From contig JWZX01003373.1 of the NCBI GenBank assembly GCA_001275005.1, positions 62,001-93,830 of the forward strand: DNA of 31,830 nucleotides, in the 5' to 3' direction. Source of the DNA: Chrysochromulina tobinii. Lineage: Eukaryota. The notes under the pieces are model-generated. The model did no database searches and had not been told where the DNA came from. It saw only the letters and a program-made list of their open reading frames with translations. Position numbers and translations under genes: made by a program. Below are positions 20,291 to 29,777 of the stretch, piece by piece (the first letter of the stretch is position 1; the number at the start of each line of letters is the position of its first letter).

Positions 20291-22048
20291 ATGGCTACCA
20301 GTCCTACCACCGGTTCGACCCCGACCCCGAGCGTCGACGTGGAAGCGATGCGCGCAGAGATAGCGGCAGCCCGTGCCGAGAACGAGGTACTGCTCCAGCA
20401 AATCACGCGACTGTGCCTCTTTGTGGAGCAACGCACGGGCTGCGATCCGATCGCCGTTATGTATGCTCGGGGCTCGCTGGTCGGCACAGCAGCACCGGCA
20501 ACACCAGCACCGCAGCAGGCGCCGCCCTCGGTCGGAAGCTGGATGTACGATACGATCATCGGCCGCCCTTCTGCATCGGCCGCGCAGCAAGCGCCAGCAC
20601 CGCAGCAGCCGCAGGTACCATCGTCACCGCCAGCACCACAGCCGCCAGGGCCGCCAGGGCCGCCAGCGCGTGTAAAGCAGTCTCTTGTGGAAGCCCCAGC
20701 GCCCGTGAAGCTCAATGCGGCATCGCCGCAAGCTGCGGCGGCGGCCGCATCGCCCTCCGAGAGCGCCAGCATCCAGGGCGCTCACGCAACGCCCGAGCCG
20801 CCTGTGGACGAGGTTATCTCCCGCGGGCCTTCGCTCGCGTGGGCCGGCGAGCCCGAAGCCATTGAGGAACTCGAGAAGCGGTTGGCACGCAGCAGCGGCC
20901 TCGTGGAGATGAGCATTGATGGAGTGGGGCTCGCGCGGCTGCCTGCCACCGCGTCGTGCTGGGCGCACCTGGGTGCCTCGCTCGTGTGCCTCTCGCTCAA
21001 TAGCAATAGCCTCGTCGAGCTGCCTGCCGCGTTTGAGCAGCTGCAGAAGCTTCGGCGGCTGCGGCTCGAGAGCAACCTGTTTCGCACCCTGCCAGCGCCC
21101 GTGCTCCGGCTCGCCCGCCTCCAGGAGCTTGGCATGGGCTGCAACCAGCTCACCGGGCTGCCCGACGACATCAATGCGCTCGAGCGGTTGGAGGACTTGT
21201 ATCTCGTCTCGAATGAGATCTCGTTCCTGCCCCACACGCTCGGCGCACTCTCGCGACTACGTCGGCTCGAGCTCTCGGCGAACGCTCTGTACGAGCTCCC
21301 ACGCTCGGTCGCCAACTTGCGGGCTCTCGAGTCACTCTGGCTCTCGAGCAACTCGCTCGCCACTTTCCCACAACAGCTGTGCGCGCTCGACAACTTGACG
21401 ACACTTGACCTGCAGTCGAATCGGCTTACCTCCGTGCCACGCACCGTCGGCACCATGCCGGCCCTCACCACGCTACTCCTGGGTGGCAACCCGCTCGTGT
21501 ACCCGCCCGTCGGCGTCGTTGCACAAGGACCGCCCGCGGTGCTCGAGTACATCCGCAGCCATCGACAATCCGATCTGCTCTCCTCGGCTAGCGAGCGCTC
21601 CGTGCAGCAGGTCGCCGCCTACCGCGATCGGCTCACATCGTCCACCGCCGGGGTGCTCGAGGAGCGCCGCCAGCAGCAGAAGCCGCCGCCGCCGCCGCAG
21701 CAGCAGCAGCCGCAGACGCAGCAGGTAGGTAGCAGGCGTAGCCGGCGTGGCGACACACCCACTGGTTGGCTAGAACCTCTTGACGACGATGGGGAGACAG
21801 CTGACGACGCTGGCGCCGGCACGGAACAGCTGCTGGGCGCGACGAGGGGCCGTCGAAGCAGCGGCGACGCACAGCGTGCACGCGCCGCTGCGCAACGATC
21901 AAGTCACCTCAAGGATTCGGCGCCCGAAGCTACAGCAGAGCCCGAAGCTACAGCAGAGCCCGAAGCTACAGCAGAGGCCGCTTCTTCAGACGCGTCGGTT
22001 GCAGCTTCGGAGGAGCGCAAACCCCGGTCAACGACCTTCTTTGATTAA
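20291..22048 (+). CDS. Leucine-rich repeat protein (~23-aa LRRs) with N-terminal coiled coil and disordered flanks
   Basis: About 8 LxxLxLxxNxLxxLP units ending in the GNPLVYPP..V...G...VLEY cap. Confidence 0.9.
   Translation: MATSPTTGSTPTPSVDVEAMRAEIAAARAENEVLLQQITRLCLFVEQRTGCDPIAVMYARGSLVGTAAPATPAPQQAPPSVGSWMYDTIIGRPSASAAQQAPAPQQPQVPSSPPAPQPPGPPGPPARVKQSLVEAPAPVKLNAASPQAAAAAASPSESASIQGAHATPEPPVDEVISRGPSLAWAGEPEAIEELEKRLARSSGLVEMSIDGVGLARLPATASCWAHLGASLVCLSLNSNSLVELPAAFEQLQKLRRLRLESNLFRTLPAPVLRLARLQELGMGCNQLTGLPDDINALERLEDLYLVSNEISFLPHTLGALSRLRRLELSANALYELPRSVANLRALESLWLSSNSLATFPQQLCALDNLTTLDLQSNRLTSVPRTVGTMPALTTLLLGGNPLVYPPVGVVAQGPPAVLEYIRSHRQSDLLSSASERSVQQVAAYRDRLTSSTAGVLEERRQQQKPPPPPQQQQPQTQQVGSRRSRRGDTPTGWLEPLDDDGETADDAGAGTEQLLGATRGRRSSGDAQRARAAAQRSSHLKDSAPEATAEPEATAEPEATAEAASSDASVAASEERKPRSTTFFD
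21923..21976 (+). repeat. 18-bp coding tandem repeat x3 (PEATAE)
   Basis: CCCGAAGCTACAGCAGAG at 21923, 21941 and 21959. Confidence 0.95.
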
Positions 22049-22130
22049 CAAGCTCGTGTGTTTCCTCTGAAAATGCGCGAGTGTGTACGATGATGTGTAC
22101 GTCCAGACCTTCACATCTCTCGTGCACGTA

Positions 22131-22440
22131 CTATTTGCAAAACGCCTTTTCGTGACTGACTGACTGCAGCGTGCCCTCTATCACCTCCATTCGTCGCTCG
22201 AGCTTGGCGAGCTTACTGTCTAGATGCGAGAGCTTTCCGCGCGTGACGTCATCTGCGTCGGGGAGCAGGAGGGGGAGCGTGAGCGTGGTTGAGTGGAGAT
22301 GTTGAGGCCAACACACCGAATGTATTGAGGAAGCTCGCGAGATGTGCGACACCAAGCTGCACCGCCTGCACGAATTCCCGATTCTGCCAGTCCGCTTGCA
22401 CCGTTACGGTGTTGGTGGACGCCGAGGGTGGCGGCGGCAT
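22131..22440 (-). CDS. BRK1: BRICK1/HSPC300, SCAR/WAVE complex subunit (81 aa; intron 22253-22316)
   Basis: The spliced product ...VQADWQNREFVQAVQLGVAHLASFLNTF|DDVTRGKLSHLDSKLAKLERRMEVIE matches the BRK1 pattern DW.NRE...FLN.F...R.KL..L..KL..LERR.E..E. The 64-nt GT-AG intron restores the frame. Confidence 0.93.
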
Positions 22441-22904
22441 GTTGTGTGGGCGGCTGGATGCTCGGCCTCCGTATGGGCCTTCACACGGATCTCGCCGAAA
22501 CGCACTCGAAATGCCTGTAAAGTCATGACAAGTCAAGTCAATCCGTAGACGCTGCGCAATACAGATAAAGACCTATGATAAGACCTGCGAGGCATCTACT
22601 GGGTTTCAACACTCAGGTACATGTAATTACCCTATGGTGTTTCTACATTAGTGGCGCCCACACGCGCACAGCCGTCGCTCTGCGCACTGCGGAATCCTAC
22701 ACAGCAGCGCACAAAGTGTCGTCTGCACCCTACAATTACAAAGCAATCCTCTGGACACTCGGACGCATGCTCCAACCGTCGCTCTCTCCTCTGTCTCTGC
22801 CGCGCACTGCCGGAACCGAGTACACATGCCACATATGTACACCCATCCCACCCGGCGCACCCACCTCAGCATGTGTAACCATTTGTAGACGCCCTCAAGG
22901 CTCA

Positions 22905-22937
22905 TTCACAGCTCCTTCACAGCTCCTTCACAGCTCC
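22905..22937 (+). repeat. 11-bp tandem repeat x3 (TTCACAGCTCC) just 3' of the CPS stop
   Basis: Three exact copies. Confidence 0.9.
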
Positions 22938-22943
22938 TGGTGT

Positions 22944-25900
22944 TCACTGATACCACTCATGCAGCGACCGAACATCCAGCTTGATCTGGTTGTTCGGCTT
23001 GTCGCCAGTGGCCCGCCCGTTCACCTTCTCCAGCGACTCGGCCATCAGCTGCGCCACCTGGATATTGGTGATCAGCGGCACGCCGTAGTCCACGGCGAGG
23101 CGGCGAATCGCGTAATTCAACAGGAGGCGCTCTGAGAACTGGTTGGAGAACATGAGCACCAGGTGGATGTCGCCACGCGAGATGTAGTCGTCGATGCAGT
23201 TCTGGATCGGCGTCGTTGCACTCGGGTCCGCATAGTTGACCCGGGTGACCGGCAAGCCCTCTTTCTTGAGGAATTCGGCCGTCTGCTCTGTCGCGTACAG
23301 CTGATAGCCGAGCTTCGAGAGCGTCTTCAGCGTCGGCAAGGTCTTCTCGTTGCGTTCGCGCGCCTGGATGGAGACCAGGATGTTCAAGCGCGGCAGCTTC
23401 ATGCCCGTCGACAAGAGCGACTTGAGGAACGCATCATACACATCGGGGCCGAAGCAAGCGACCTCGCCTGTGGAGGCCATCTCGACGCCGAGAGAGGGGT
23501 CGGCGCCCTTGAGGCGCTGGAAGGAGAACATGGGCGCCTTGACGCCGACGAAGTTCTTCTCGGGCGTCGTGCGCGTCATCTCGACCAACTTCTCCGTCCC
23601 GCACATGGCTCTGGTGGCCGTCTCGATGAAGTTGACGCCGAGGCACTTGGAGGAGAATGGGGTGGAACGAGAGGCGCGCAGGTTCGTCTCGATCACCTTG
23701 ACAGAGCCATCCGCTGTGGCGATCAGCTGCATGTTGAAGGGGCCGGTGACCTTGAGCGCCTGCGCCATCTTGTACGTGATCTCGTCAATCTTCTTGAGCG
23801 TGGCCGCAGACAGAGAGCGTGGCGGCAGCACGAGGGTCGCGTCGCCGGAGTGCACTCCTGCATTCTCAACGTGCTCCGAGACGGCGTGGAGCAGGATGCG
23901 GCCGTCCTGCGCCACGGCGTCGACGTCGATCTCGCGCGCGTTCTCGATGAACTTGGAGACGACCACTGGCTTATCTCCCGAGACCTCGCCCGCGAGATCG
24001 AGGAAAGCCGTGAGCTCGTCCTTCGAGTACGCCACGTTCATCGCGGCCCCCGAGAGCACGTACGACGGGCGGACGAGGCACGGGTAGCCGACGTCCTCGC
24101 AAAAGGCGAGCGCATCCTCGTTCGAAGAGAGCATACGCCATTTTGGTTGGTCGATGCCGACCGAGTCGCACAGCGCCGAAAACTTGTTGCGGTCCTCGGC
24201 GGTGTCGATCATCTTGGGCGAGGTGCCTGCGACCTTGATGTCGCTCTCCTCCATCGAGAGGGCGAGGGTGTTGGGGATTTGGCCGCCCACCGAGACCATT
24301 GCCTGCGTGCAGCTCTCGGCCTCGTAGATGTCGAGCACGCGCTCGAGCGAAAGCTCCTCGAAGTAGAGCCGGTCGCACTCGTCATAGTCCGTCGAGACGG
24401 TCTCGGGGTTATAGTTGACCATCACGGCCTTCTGGCCCATCTTGCGCAGCGTGCGGATGGCCGAGACGGAGCACCAATCGAACTCGACGGACGAGCCGAT
24501 GCGGTACACGCCGGAGCCGAGCACCATGGTGCCCGGCTCGTCGAACTTGACGTCGTGCTCGTCGCCGTTGTACGTCATGTACAGGTAGTTGGTGGCGGCG
24601 GGGAACTCGGCGGCCATCGTGTCGATCTGCTTCGCAAAGGGCAGGATGCCCATCGCCTTGCGTGTCTTTCGGATGTCCTTCTCGAGCCCGCCAGTGCGAT
24701 CAGCAATCTGCCTGTCCGAGAAGCCCGACTTTTTGGCCTGCAGCATCGTGGTCGCGGGCAGGGTTGCGGGCGTGAACTCTTTGAGGATCTTGTTCATGTC
24801 CGAGATCCGCCGAAGCTTGTACAGGAACCACGGGTCGATTTTGGTGAGCGATTGGATGCGATCGACGCTGTAACCCTTCTCGAACGCAAGCGCGAGCGCG
24901 TAGATGCGCTGGTCGTTGGCGATGCGGAGGAAGTCCTCGAGGGAACGCCCTTCGGGCTCGAAGCCCGACGGTTCGAAGCCCTTCGTCGACGGGTTCGTCA
25001 TGCGCAGCGCCTTCTGCAGCGATTCCTCGAAGGTGCGCCCAATGGCCATCACCTCGCCCACCGACTTCATGGCCGAGCCGATGTCGCGCGAAACGCGGTC
25101 GAACTTGGCGAGGTCCCAGCGCGGGATCTTGACCACAATGTAGTCGAGCGAAGGCTCGAAGCATGCTGTCGTCGACTTGGTCACCGAGTTCTTGAGGTCG
25201 GGCAGCAGCTTGCCGAGGGCGAGCTTGGCGGCAACGGCAGCAAGCGGGTAGCCCGTCGCCTTTGACGCGAGCGCCGACGAGCGCGACAGACGCGGGTTGA
25301 CCTCGATGATGCAGTAGTCCTGCGACAGTGGGTCGAGCGCGTACTGGATGTTGCACTCGCCCACGATGCCGAGGTGGCGGACCACCTTGATCGCGGTCGT
25401 GCGGAGCATGTGGTACTCGTCGTCCGTGAGTGTCTGCGAGGGCGCGATCACGATCGAGTCGCCCGTGTGCACGCCGAGCGGATCAAAGTTCTCCATGTTG
25501 CACACAGTGATGCAGTTGTCCGCAATGTCGCGCACGACCTCGTACTCGACCTCTTTCCACCCATAGAGGGACTTTTCGACGAGCACTTGCGGCGATGAGG
25601 CGAATGCCTCGCGGCAGTGGGCCTCAAACTTGGCCGCGTCGGGGATGATCGCCGAGCCGAGCCCACCGAGAGCGAAGGCGCAGCGCACCATGCAGGGGAA
25701 GCCGATCGTCTTGGAGGCCTCCATTGCCTGCGCGAGCGTGTCGCACGCGAAGGAGGGCGCGATGCGCTCGTTGATCTCGTTGAGCTTATCCGAGAAGATG
25801 CCGCGATCCTCAGTGGCGATGATGGACGCGACCGACGTGCCGAGCACGCGCACGTTGTACTTGGCGAGGATGCCAGACTGCTCAAGGGCCACGCCGCAGT

Positions 25901-27584
25901 TGAGCCCCGTCTGGCCTCCCATAGAGAGGATGATGCCCTCTGGCCTCTCCCGCTTGATGACCTCCTCAACGTACTCGGGCGTGACCGGCAGCAAGTACAC
26001 CTTGTCGGCGGGCGACTGGCCCTGTCCATCGACGTTGGTCTGCACCGACGCAATGTTCGGGTTGATCAGAATGACTTCGAGCCCCTCCTCCTTGAGCGCC
26101 TTGATCGCCTGCGAGCCCGAGTAGTCGAACTCGCCCGCCTGGCCAATGGAGAGACCGCCCGAGCCGAGCAGCAGCACCTTGGTGAGCGGCTTGGGCGCCT
26201 CGGGCGTGTACTTGCCCGCACCGAGCCGCACGGAGATCGGGATCGTCGGATTCTCCATCGCGGACACGAACTGCTCGAAGAGGAACGACGTGTCGCTCGG
26301 GCCGCACTTGGCCTCGGGGTGGAACTGCGCCGTGAACCACGGATTCGTCTTGTGCATGATGCCCTCGTTCGACCCGTCGTTGCGGTTGACGAAGAGCGGC
26401 TGCCAGCCCTCGGGCAGCTTCGTCGCATCCAGCGCGTACCCGTGGTTCTGCGGCGTGATCACGCACTTGTCGTTGAGCAGATTGGTCACCGGCTGATTCT
26501 GGCCGCGGTTGCCAAACGGAAGCTTGTACGTGGTGGCGCCTGCGGCGGTGCCGAGCAGCTGGTTGCCCAGGCAGATACCGAACACGGGCTTCATCTTCGC
26601 CTTGCCGCTCGACATGGCGTCGAGCACCTCCTTGATGTGGCCGATCGTCTTCTGCACGACCGAGGGGTCGCCTGGCCCGTTGGAGAGGAAGACGCCATCG
26701 GCCTCCGCGAGGCGGGGCAGCAAGGGCGCGTCCCAGGGAAGGAGGGTCACCTCGCAGTCGCGCTGCAGGAGCGCGCGGATGATGTTCACCTTGATGCCGC
26801 AGTCGATGGCGAGCACCTTCCAGCGATTGCCCTTGCCGTACACCTTGGGCGCGGTGATGGACACCTCCGCCACCAGGTTGCGCTGGTTGACGTCGACGAA
26901 CTCTTGTTTCTTGTCGCCGCCCAGCACGACTGCCTTCTCGAACTCGATGCGCGCCTTAAGAGAGCCCTTCTCACGGATCTTCTTGGTGAGCAAGCGCGTG
27001 TCGAGGCCGTAGAGAGCAGGCACGCGCTGCTCGGTCAGCCACTGCGAGAGCGAGCGCTGTGAGTTCCAGTGCGAGTGGTGGTGCGAGTAGTCGGCCACGA
27101 TCAGCGCGGAGACCTGAACCCGGTCGGACTCGAAGAACTGTGGCAGGCCGAACTTGTCGATGCTGTCGTTGGGCACGCCGTAGTTGCCCACGATCGGGTA
27201 GGTCATCACGAGAATTTGGCCGCGGTACGATGGGTCAGTGAGCGACTCCGGGTAGCCAACCATGCCGGTCGTGAAGACGAGCTCGCCAGCAGTGTCCTCT
27301 TCGTACCCAAACGAGACGCCGCGCAGGCGCGTACCGTCCTCGAGGACCAGGGTGCCCTGGCGGTAGAACATGGCCGAATTCGAACCAAAGGTCGAGCCCA
27401 AGAAGGCCTGCGGCCGTTCGGCTGGCATCTGCATCCTCGCGTTCGAGGCTAGCCGAGAAGGCATTGCCGCATGGATTGAGGACGCAGGTGAAGCCGCCGT
27501 CCGCACCGCGAGCGGCTGCATTGCCGCTGGACGCCAGCTCGTCGCTCCGTAAATCATGGCCAGCATTGTTATCAGTCGCATCAT
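22944..27584 (-). CDS. Carbamoyl-phosphate synthetase, fused small+large subunits, CPS1/CPSIII-type, glutaminase triad intact
   Basis: Small-subunit motifs GELVFTTGMVGYPESLTDPSY, SNGPGDP, GICLG and QFHPE. Large-subunit motifs IGQAGEFDYSG, NMENFDPLGVHTGDS, EVNPRLSRSS and SEHVENAGVHSGDAT. C-terminal MGS-like domain, with no DHO/ATCase. First ATG at 27584 (1546 aa, intronless). Confidence 0.97.
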   Translation of the reverse strand: MMRLITMLAMIYGATSWRPAAMQPLAVRTAASPASSIHAAMPSRLASNARMQMPAERPQAFLGSTFGSNSAMFYRQGTLVLEDGTRLRGVSFGYEEDTAGELVFTTGMVGYPESLTDPSYRGQILVMTYPIVGNYGVPNDSIDKFGLPQFFESDRVQVSALIVADYSHHHSHWNSQRSLSQWLTEQRVPALYGLDTRLLTKKIREKGSLKARIEFEKAVVLGGDKKQEFVDVNQRNLVAEVSITAPKVYGKGNRWKVLAIDCGIKVNIIRALLQRDCEVTLLPWDAPLLPRLAEADGVFLSNGPGDPSVVQKTIGHIKEVLDAMSSGKAKMKPVFGICLGNQLLGTAAGATTYKLPFGNRGQNQPVTNLLNDKCVITPQNHGYALDATKLPEGWQPLFVNRNDGSNEGIMHKTNPWFTAQFHPEAKCGPSDTSFLFEQFVSAMENPTIPISVRLGAGKYTPEAPKPLTKVLLLGSGGLSIGQAGEFDYSGSQAIKALKEEGLEVILINPNIASVQTNVDGQGQSPADKVYLLPVTPEYVEEVIKRERPEGIILSMGGQTGLNCGVALEQSGILAKYNVRVLGTSVASIIATEDRGIFSDKLNEINERIAPSFACDTLAQAMEASKTIGFPCMVRCAFALGGLGSAIIPDAAKFEAHCREAFASSPQVLVEKSLYGWKEVEYEVVRDIADNCITVCNMENFDPLGVHTGDSIVIAPSQTLTDDEYHMLRTTAIKVVRHLGIVGECNIQYALDPLSQDYCIIEVNPRLSRSSALASKATGYPLAAVAAKLALGKLLPDLKNSVTKSTTACFEPSLDYIVVKIPRWDLAKFDRVSRDIGSAMKSVGEVMAIGRTFEESLQKALRMTNPSTKGFEPSGFEPEGRSLEDFLRIANDQRIYALALAFEKGYSVDRIQSLTKIDPWFLYKLRRISDMNKILKEFTPATLPATTMLQAKKSGFSDRQIADRTGGLEKDIRKTRKAMGILPFAKQIDTMAAEFPAATNYLYMTYNGDEHDVKFDEPGTMVLGSGVYRIGSSVEFDWCSVSAIRTLRKMGQKAVMVNYNPETVSTDYDECDRLYFEELSLERVLDIYEAESCTQAMVSVGGQIPNTLALSMEESDIKVAGTSPKMIDTAEDRNKFSALCDSVGIDQPKWRMLSSNEDALAFCEDVGYPCLVRPSYVLSGAAMNVAYSKDELTAFLDLAGEVSGDKPVVVSKFIENAREIDVDAVAQDGRILLHAVSEHVENAGVHSGDATLVLPPRSLSAATLKKIDEITYKMAQALKVTGPFNMQLIATADGSVKVIETNLRASRSTPFSSKCLGVNFIETATRAMCGTEKLVEMTRTTPEKNFVGVKAPMFSFQRLKGADPSLGVEMASTGEVACFGPDVYDAFLKSLLSTGMKLPRLNILVSIQARERNEKTLPTLKTLSKLGYQLYATEQTAEFLKKEGLPVTRVNYADPSATTPIQNCIDDYISRGDIHLVLMFSNQFSERLLLNYAIRRLAVDYGVPLITNIQVAQLMAESLEKVNGRATGDKPNNQIKLDVRSLHEWYQ

Positions 27585-27958
27585 GGGGGACAGCGTCGTC
27601 TGCGGCACAAAGTCGGGGTGAGGTTGATGAGTCTCCTTGCGACAGAGACCTGCGACGTAGATGATGAATTTCCGCAGATTGCCGTACGAATCGAGTCCAA
27701 CGTTTCCATACTCGGCACCCTTAAGCAAGCAAGCACGGTCCAAACTCGGCGCCCGTTACTACATCATGGTGGGTTAAGTACCGGAGGCGGCGCGGCACGG
27801 CGTGCGTCGCGCGTCGGTGAGTCGGCGGTTTTCTTGAAACCGGCGGTCACATATCTCATATGTGCAAGGTCCCACTTCCGTTCCTCGCCTTGCAATAACC
27901 TCGCAAGAGACACCCACCGCGAGGACTCTCGACAGTCGACACATCCATCATCATCGGA

Positions 27959-29425
27959 TCAGCTCGCCTTCTTCTCTCTCTGAGCCGCCACTTTCTGTTT
28001 CGCCTCGAACTCTTCTAGCTTGCACTTCGCGCGCGCCTCGAACTCATCTCGGAATCGGAGGTACAGGAAGAGAGCGGCCTGCGCGTCCTCAAGTGGCGAG
28101 TGCCCATCCGCGCTGTCCTGGATGACGAGCCCTAGAAACTCCCACGTGATGTGCCTCAGCTTCCGCGGGCGACCGCCTCGGGAGAGCAGCCGGCGAACGT
28201 CGTGCGCAGTGTCGCGGCACATGTGGCGCGGAGGGGAGAAGCCGAGGGCGCCGAAATCATGCTCGAGCGAGTGGCCCACGATCACGTGCCCCGCCAGCAG
28301 ATGCTTGACCTCCTTCTGCACCGTGTTGAAGCTGGGAGCGTCGCGCAGATGGGCAGGCTCAATGCCGCTCACCCACGTGCGATAGTCGGTCACGGGCTTG
28401 GTCGGTTTTGCGTACGAAAAGTAGACTTGATTGCCCGCCTCGTTGATGACGCACACCGATGCGAGGCGCGAGTCCGCCCCAAAAGCGCCCACGCCCACCA
28501 TCTCGCAGTCGAGCGCAAGGACGGGGGTGATGTCGGTGGACTCACTCAGCGGTCGCGGTCGGCGTACGAGCCCGGCGTTCCTGCCGCGCGTCGTGGCTCG
28601 GCCATCAGCTGCGAGAGCATCCGCAGTCGAGCGGCCAAGGTCGACCACCCCACCATCCATGGGCGATTGGCTCAGCATGTAGCGAAGCAGCAGCACGGCG
28701 GTCCCGAGCAACGACACGTGCAGCGGCACATCAATGCAAGGCGCGGCTTCGTCGGCCGCTGCGCGCTGGGCGAGTGCGTCCGCTACTGCATTCTGCGCCA
28801 GCCCCTGGTGCGCCGGAACTTTGTAGAAGCACGTCTGGGCGTACCGTAGGCGCAGCAGCCACCAGACGACGCGCGCGAGCCGCAGCTCACGTGCGTCGAG
28901 CGTCGGGCAGCGACGGCCACCACCGCCAACAGTTCCTCCTCGACCAGCCTTACGCGGCTGCAGCGACTCGTCATCGGAGAGCACGGCCACCACATTGAGC
29001 GCATGCATAGAGTCGGAGAAGATGCTCAAATGCTGCCCGCGCGGGTGGTGCATGAGCGTCCAAAACAGTGCCGCGAGCTCCGGAAGCCCAGACTCGGTGC
29101 GCTCACCTTTCGTGTCGATGCGGCCGCTACAATTAAGTGGATGGCCATCGCTATAATAAACGGCAAATCCGCACGCGCCGTTCGCGAGGACCGAACCGTC
29201 CACAAATGCCTTGAGCTCCTTGCCCTTTTGTGAGCCGATCAGCGCCTTGTCAACTCCTTTGGTGCGGACCACCAACTGGTCGCGGCCTAACAATCGACGG
29301 CGTGGCCATCCAGCGGCCAGCAAGAAGCCGACGAGCTCAGCCGTCCGTGCGATTGCGACGAGCACGACTCGGAAATGCTGGAGCACGTACTGGGGCAGCC
29401 CAATCGACCACATGAAAGACCTCAT
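27959..29425 (-). CDS. RNase H type I + REX4/ISG20-like DEDDh 3'-5' exonuclease fusion protein
   Basis: RNase H motifs: AFVDGS, ELAAL, IFSDS, KVPAHQG..N.VADALA. Exonuclease motifs: ALDCEMVGVG, VTDYRTWVSGI, VGHSLEHDF, RDTA, GHSPLEDAQAA. Both lie in one uninterrupted 488-aa ORF. Confidence 0.9.
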   Translation of the reverse strand: MRSFMWSIGLPQYVLQHFRVVLVAIARTAELVGFLLAAGWPRRRLLGRDQLVVRTKGVDKALIGSQKGKELKAFVDGSVLANGACGFAVYYSDGHPLNCSGRIDTKGERTESGLPELAALFWTLMHHPRGQHLSIFSDSMHALNVVAVLSDDESLQPRKAGRGGTVGGGGRRCPTLDARELRLARVVWWLLRLRYAQTCFYKVPAHQGLAQNAVADALAQRAAADEAAPCIDVPLHVSLLGTAVLLLRYMLSQSPMDGGVVDLGRSTADALAADGRATTRGRNAGLVRRPRPLSESTDITPVLALDCEMVGVGAFGADSRLASVCVINEAGNQVYFSYAKPTKPVTDYRTWVSGIEPAHLRDAPSFNTVQKEVKHLLAGHVIVGHSLEHDFGALGFSPPRHMCRDTAHDVRRLLSRGGRPRKLRHITWEFLGLVIQDSADGHSPLEDAQAALFLYLRFRDEFEARAKCKLEEFEAKQKVAAQREKKAS

Positions 29426-29777
29426 AACACGTGCCCGGTCGTGACCAAGTTGTTGTGCGGGTTCACGCGCGTTGTGTTGAACATCATGTCAGCCGTTCTC
29501 CGCAGAATTCTTTATGTTTCACAGCCACGTTCCTGACACACGTTTTTCTACACAGGCCGATCGATCGTTGAGCCGCTCTCAGAACCTCTGTTGACGCTCA
29601 AACGCTTGTTCATCTCCACGTCGCACGTCCGGGACCCGGAGCGCGGCGGCACGTGTCGTGTGCATCCTGGGTCGCCCGTAGAGCGTAGTCCCATCCTTCC
29701 CACGCCCTCCTCTGAGAAAGACAGTGACACCCTTGTGCTTGTCCAAGAACCCTGCAAGCTGCATCTGCCCGCTCCCC

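Noticed and set aside
23163..27062. Long plus-strand ORFs (700 aa, 481 aa) antisense to CPS
   Set aside because: Shadow ORFs caused by strong GC3 codon bias of the minus-strand gene; no protein-like motifs.
27585..27743. 53-codon upstream extension of the CPS ORF from a TTG start
   Set aside because: Non-ATG start in a eukaryote; the ATG at 27584 begins a clear targeting peptide.
28760..29215. RNase H as part of a retrotransposon
   Set aside because: No RT, integrase, gag or LTRs nearby; it is fused to a cellular-type exonuclease.
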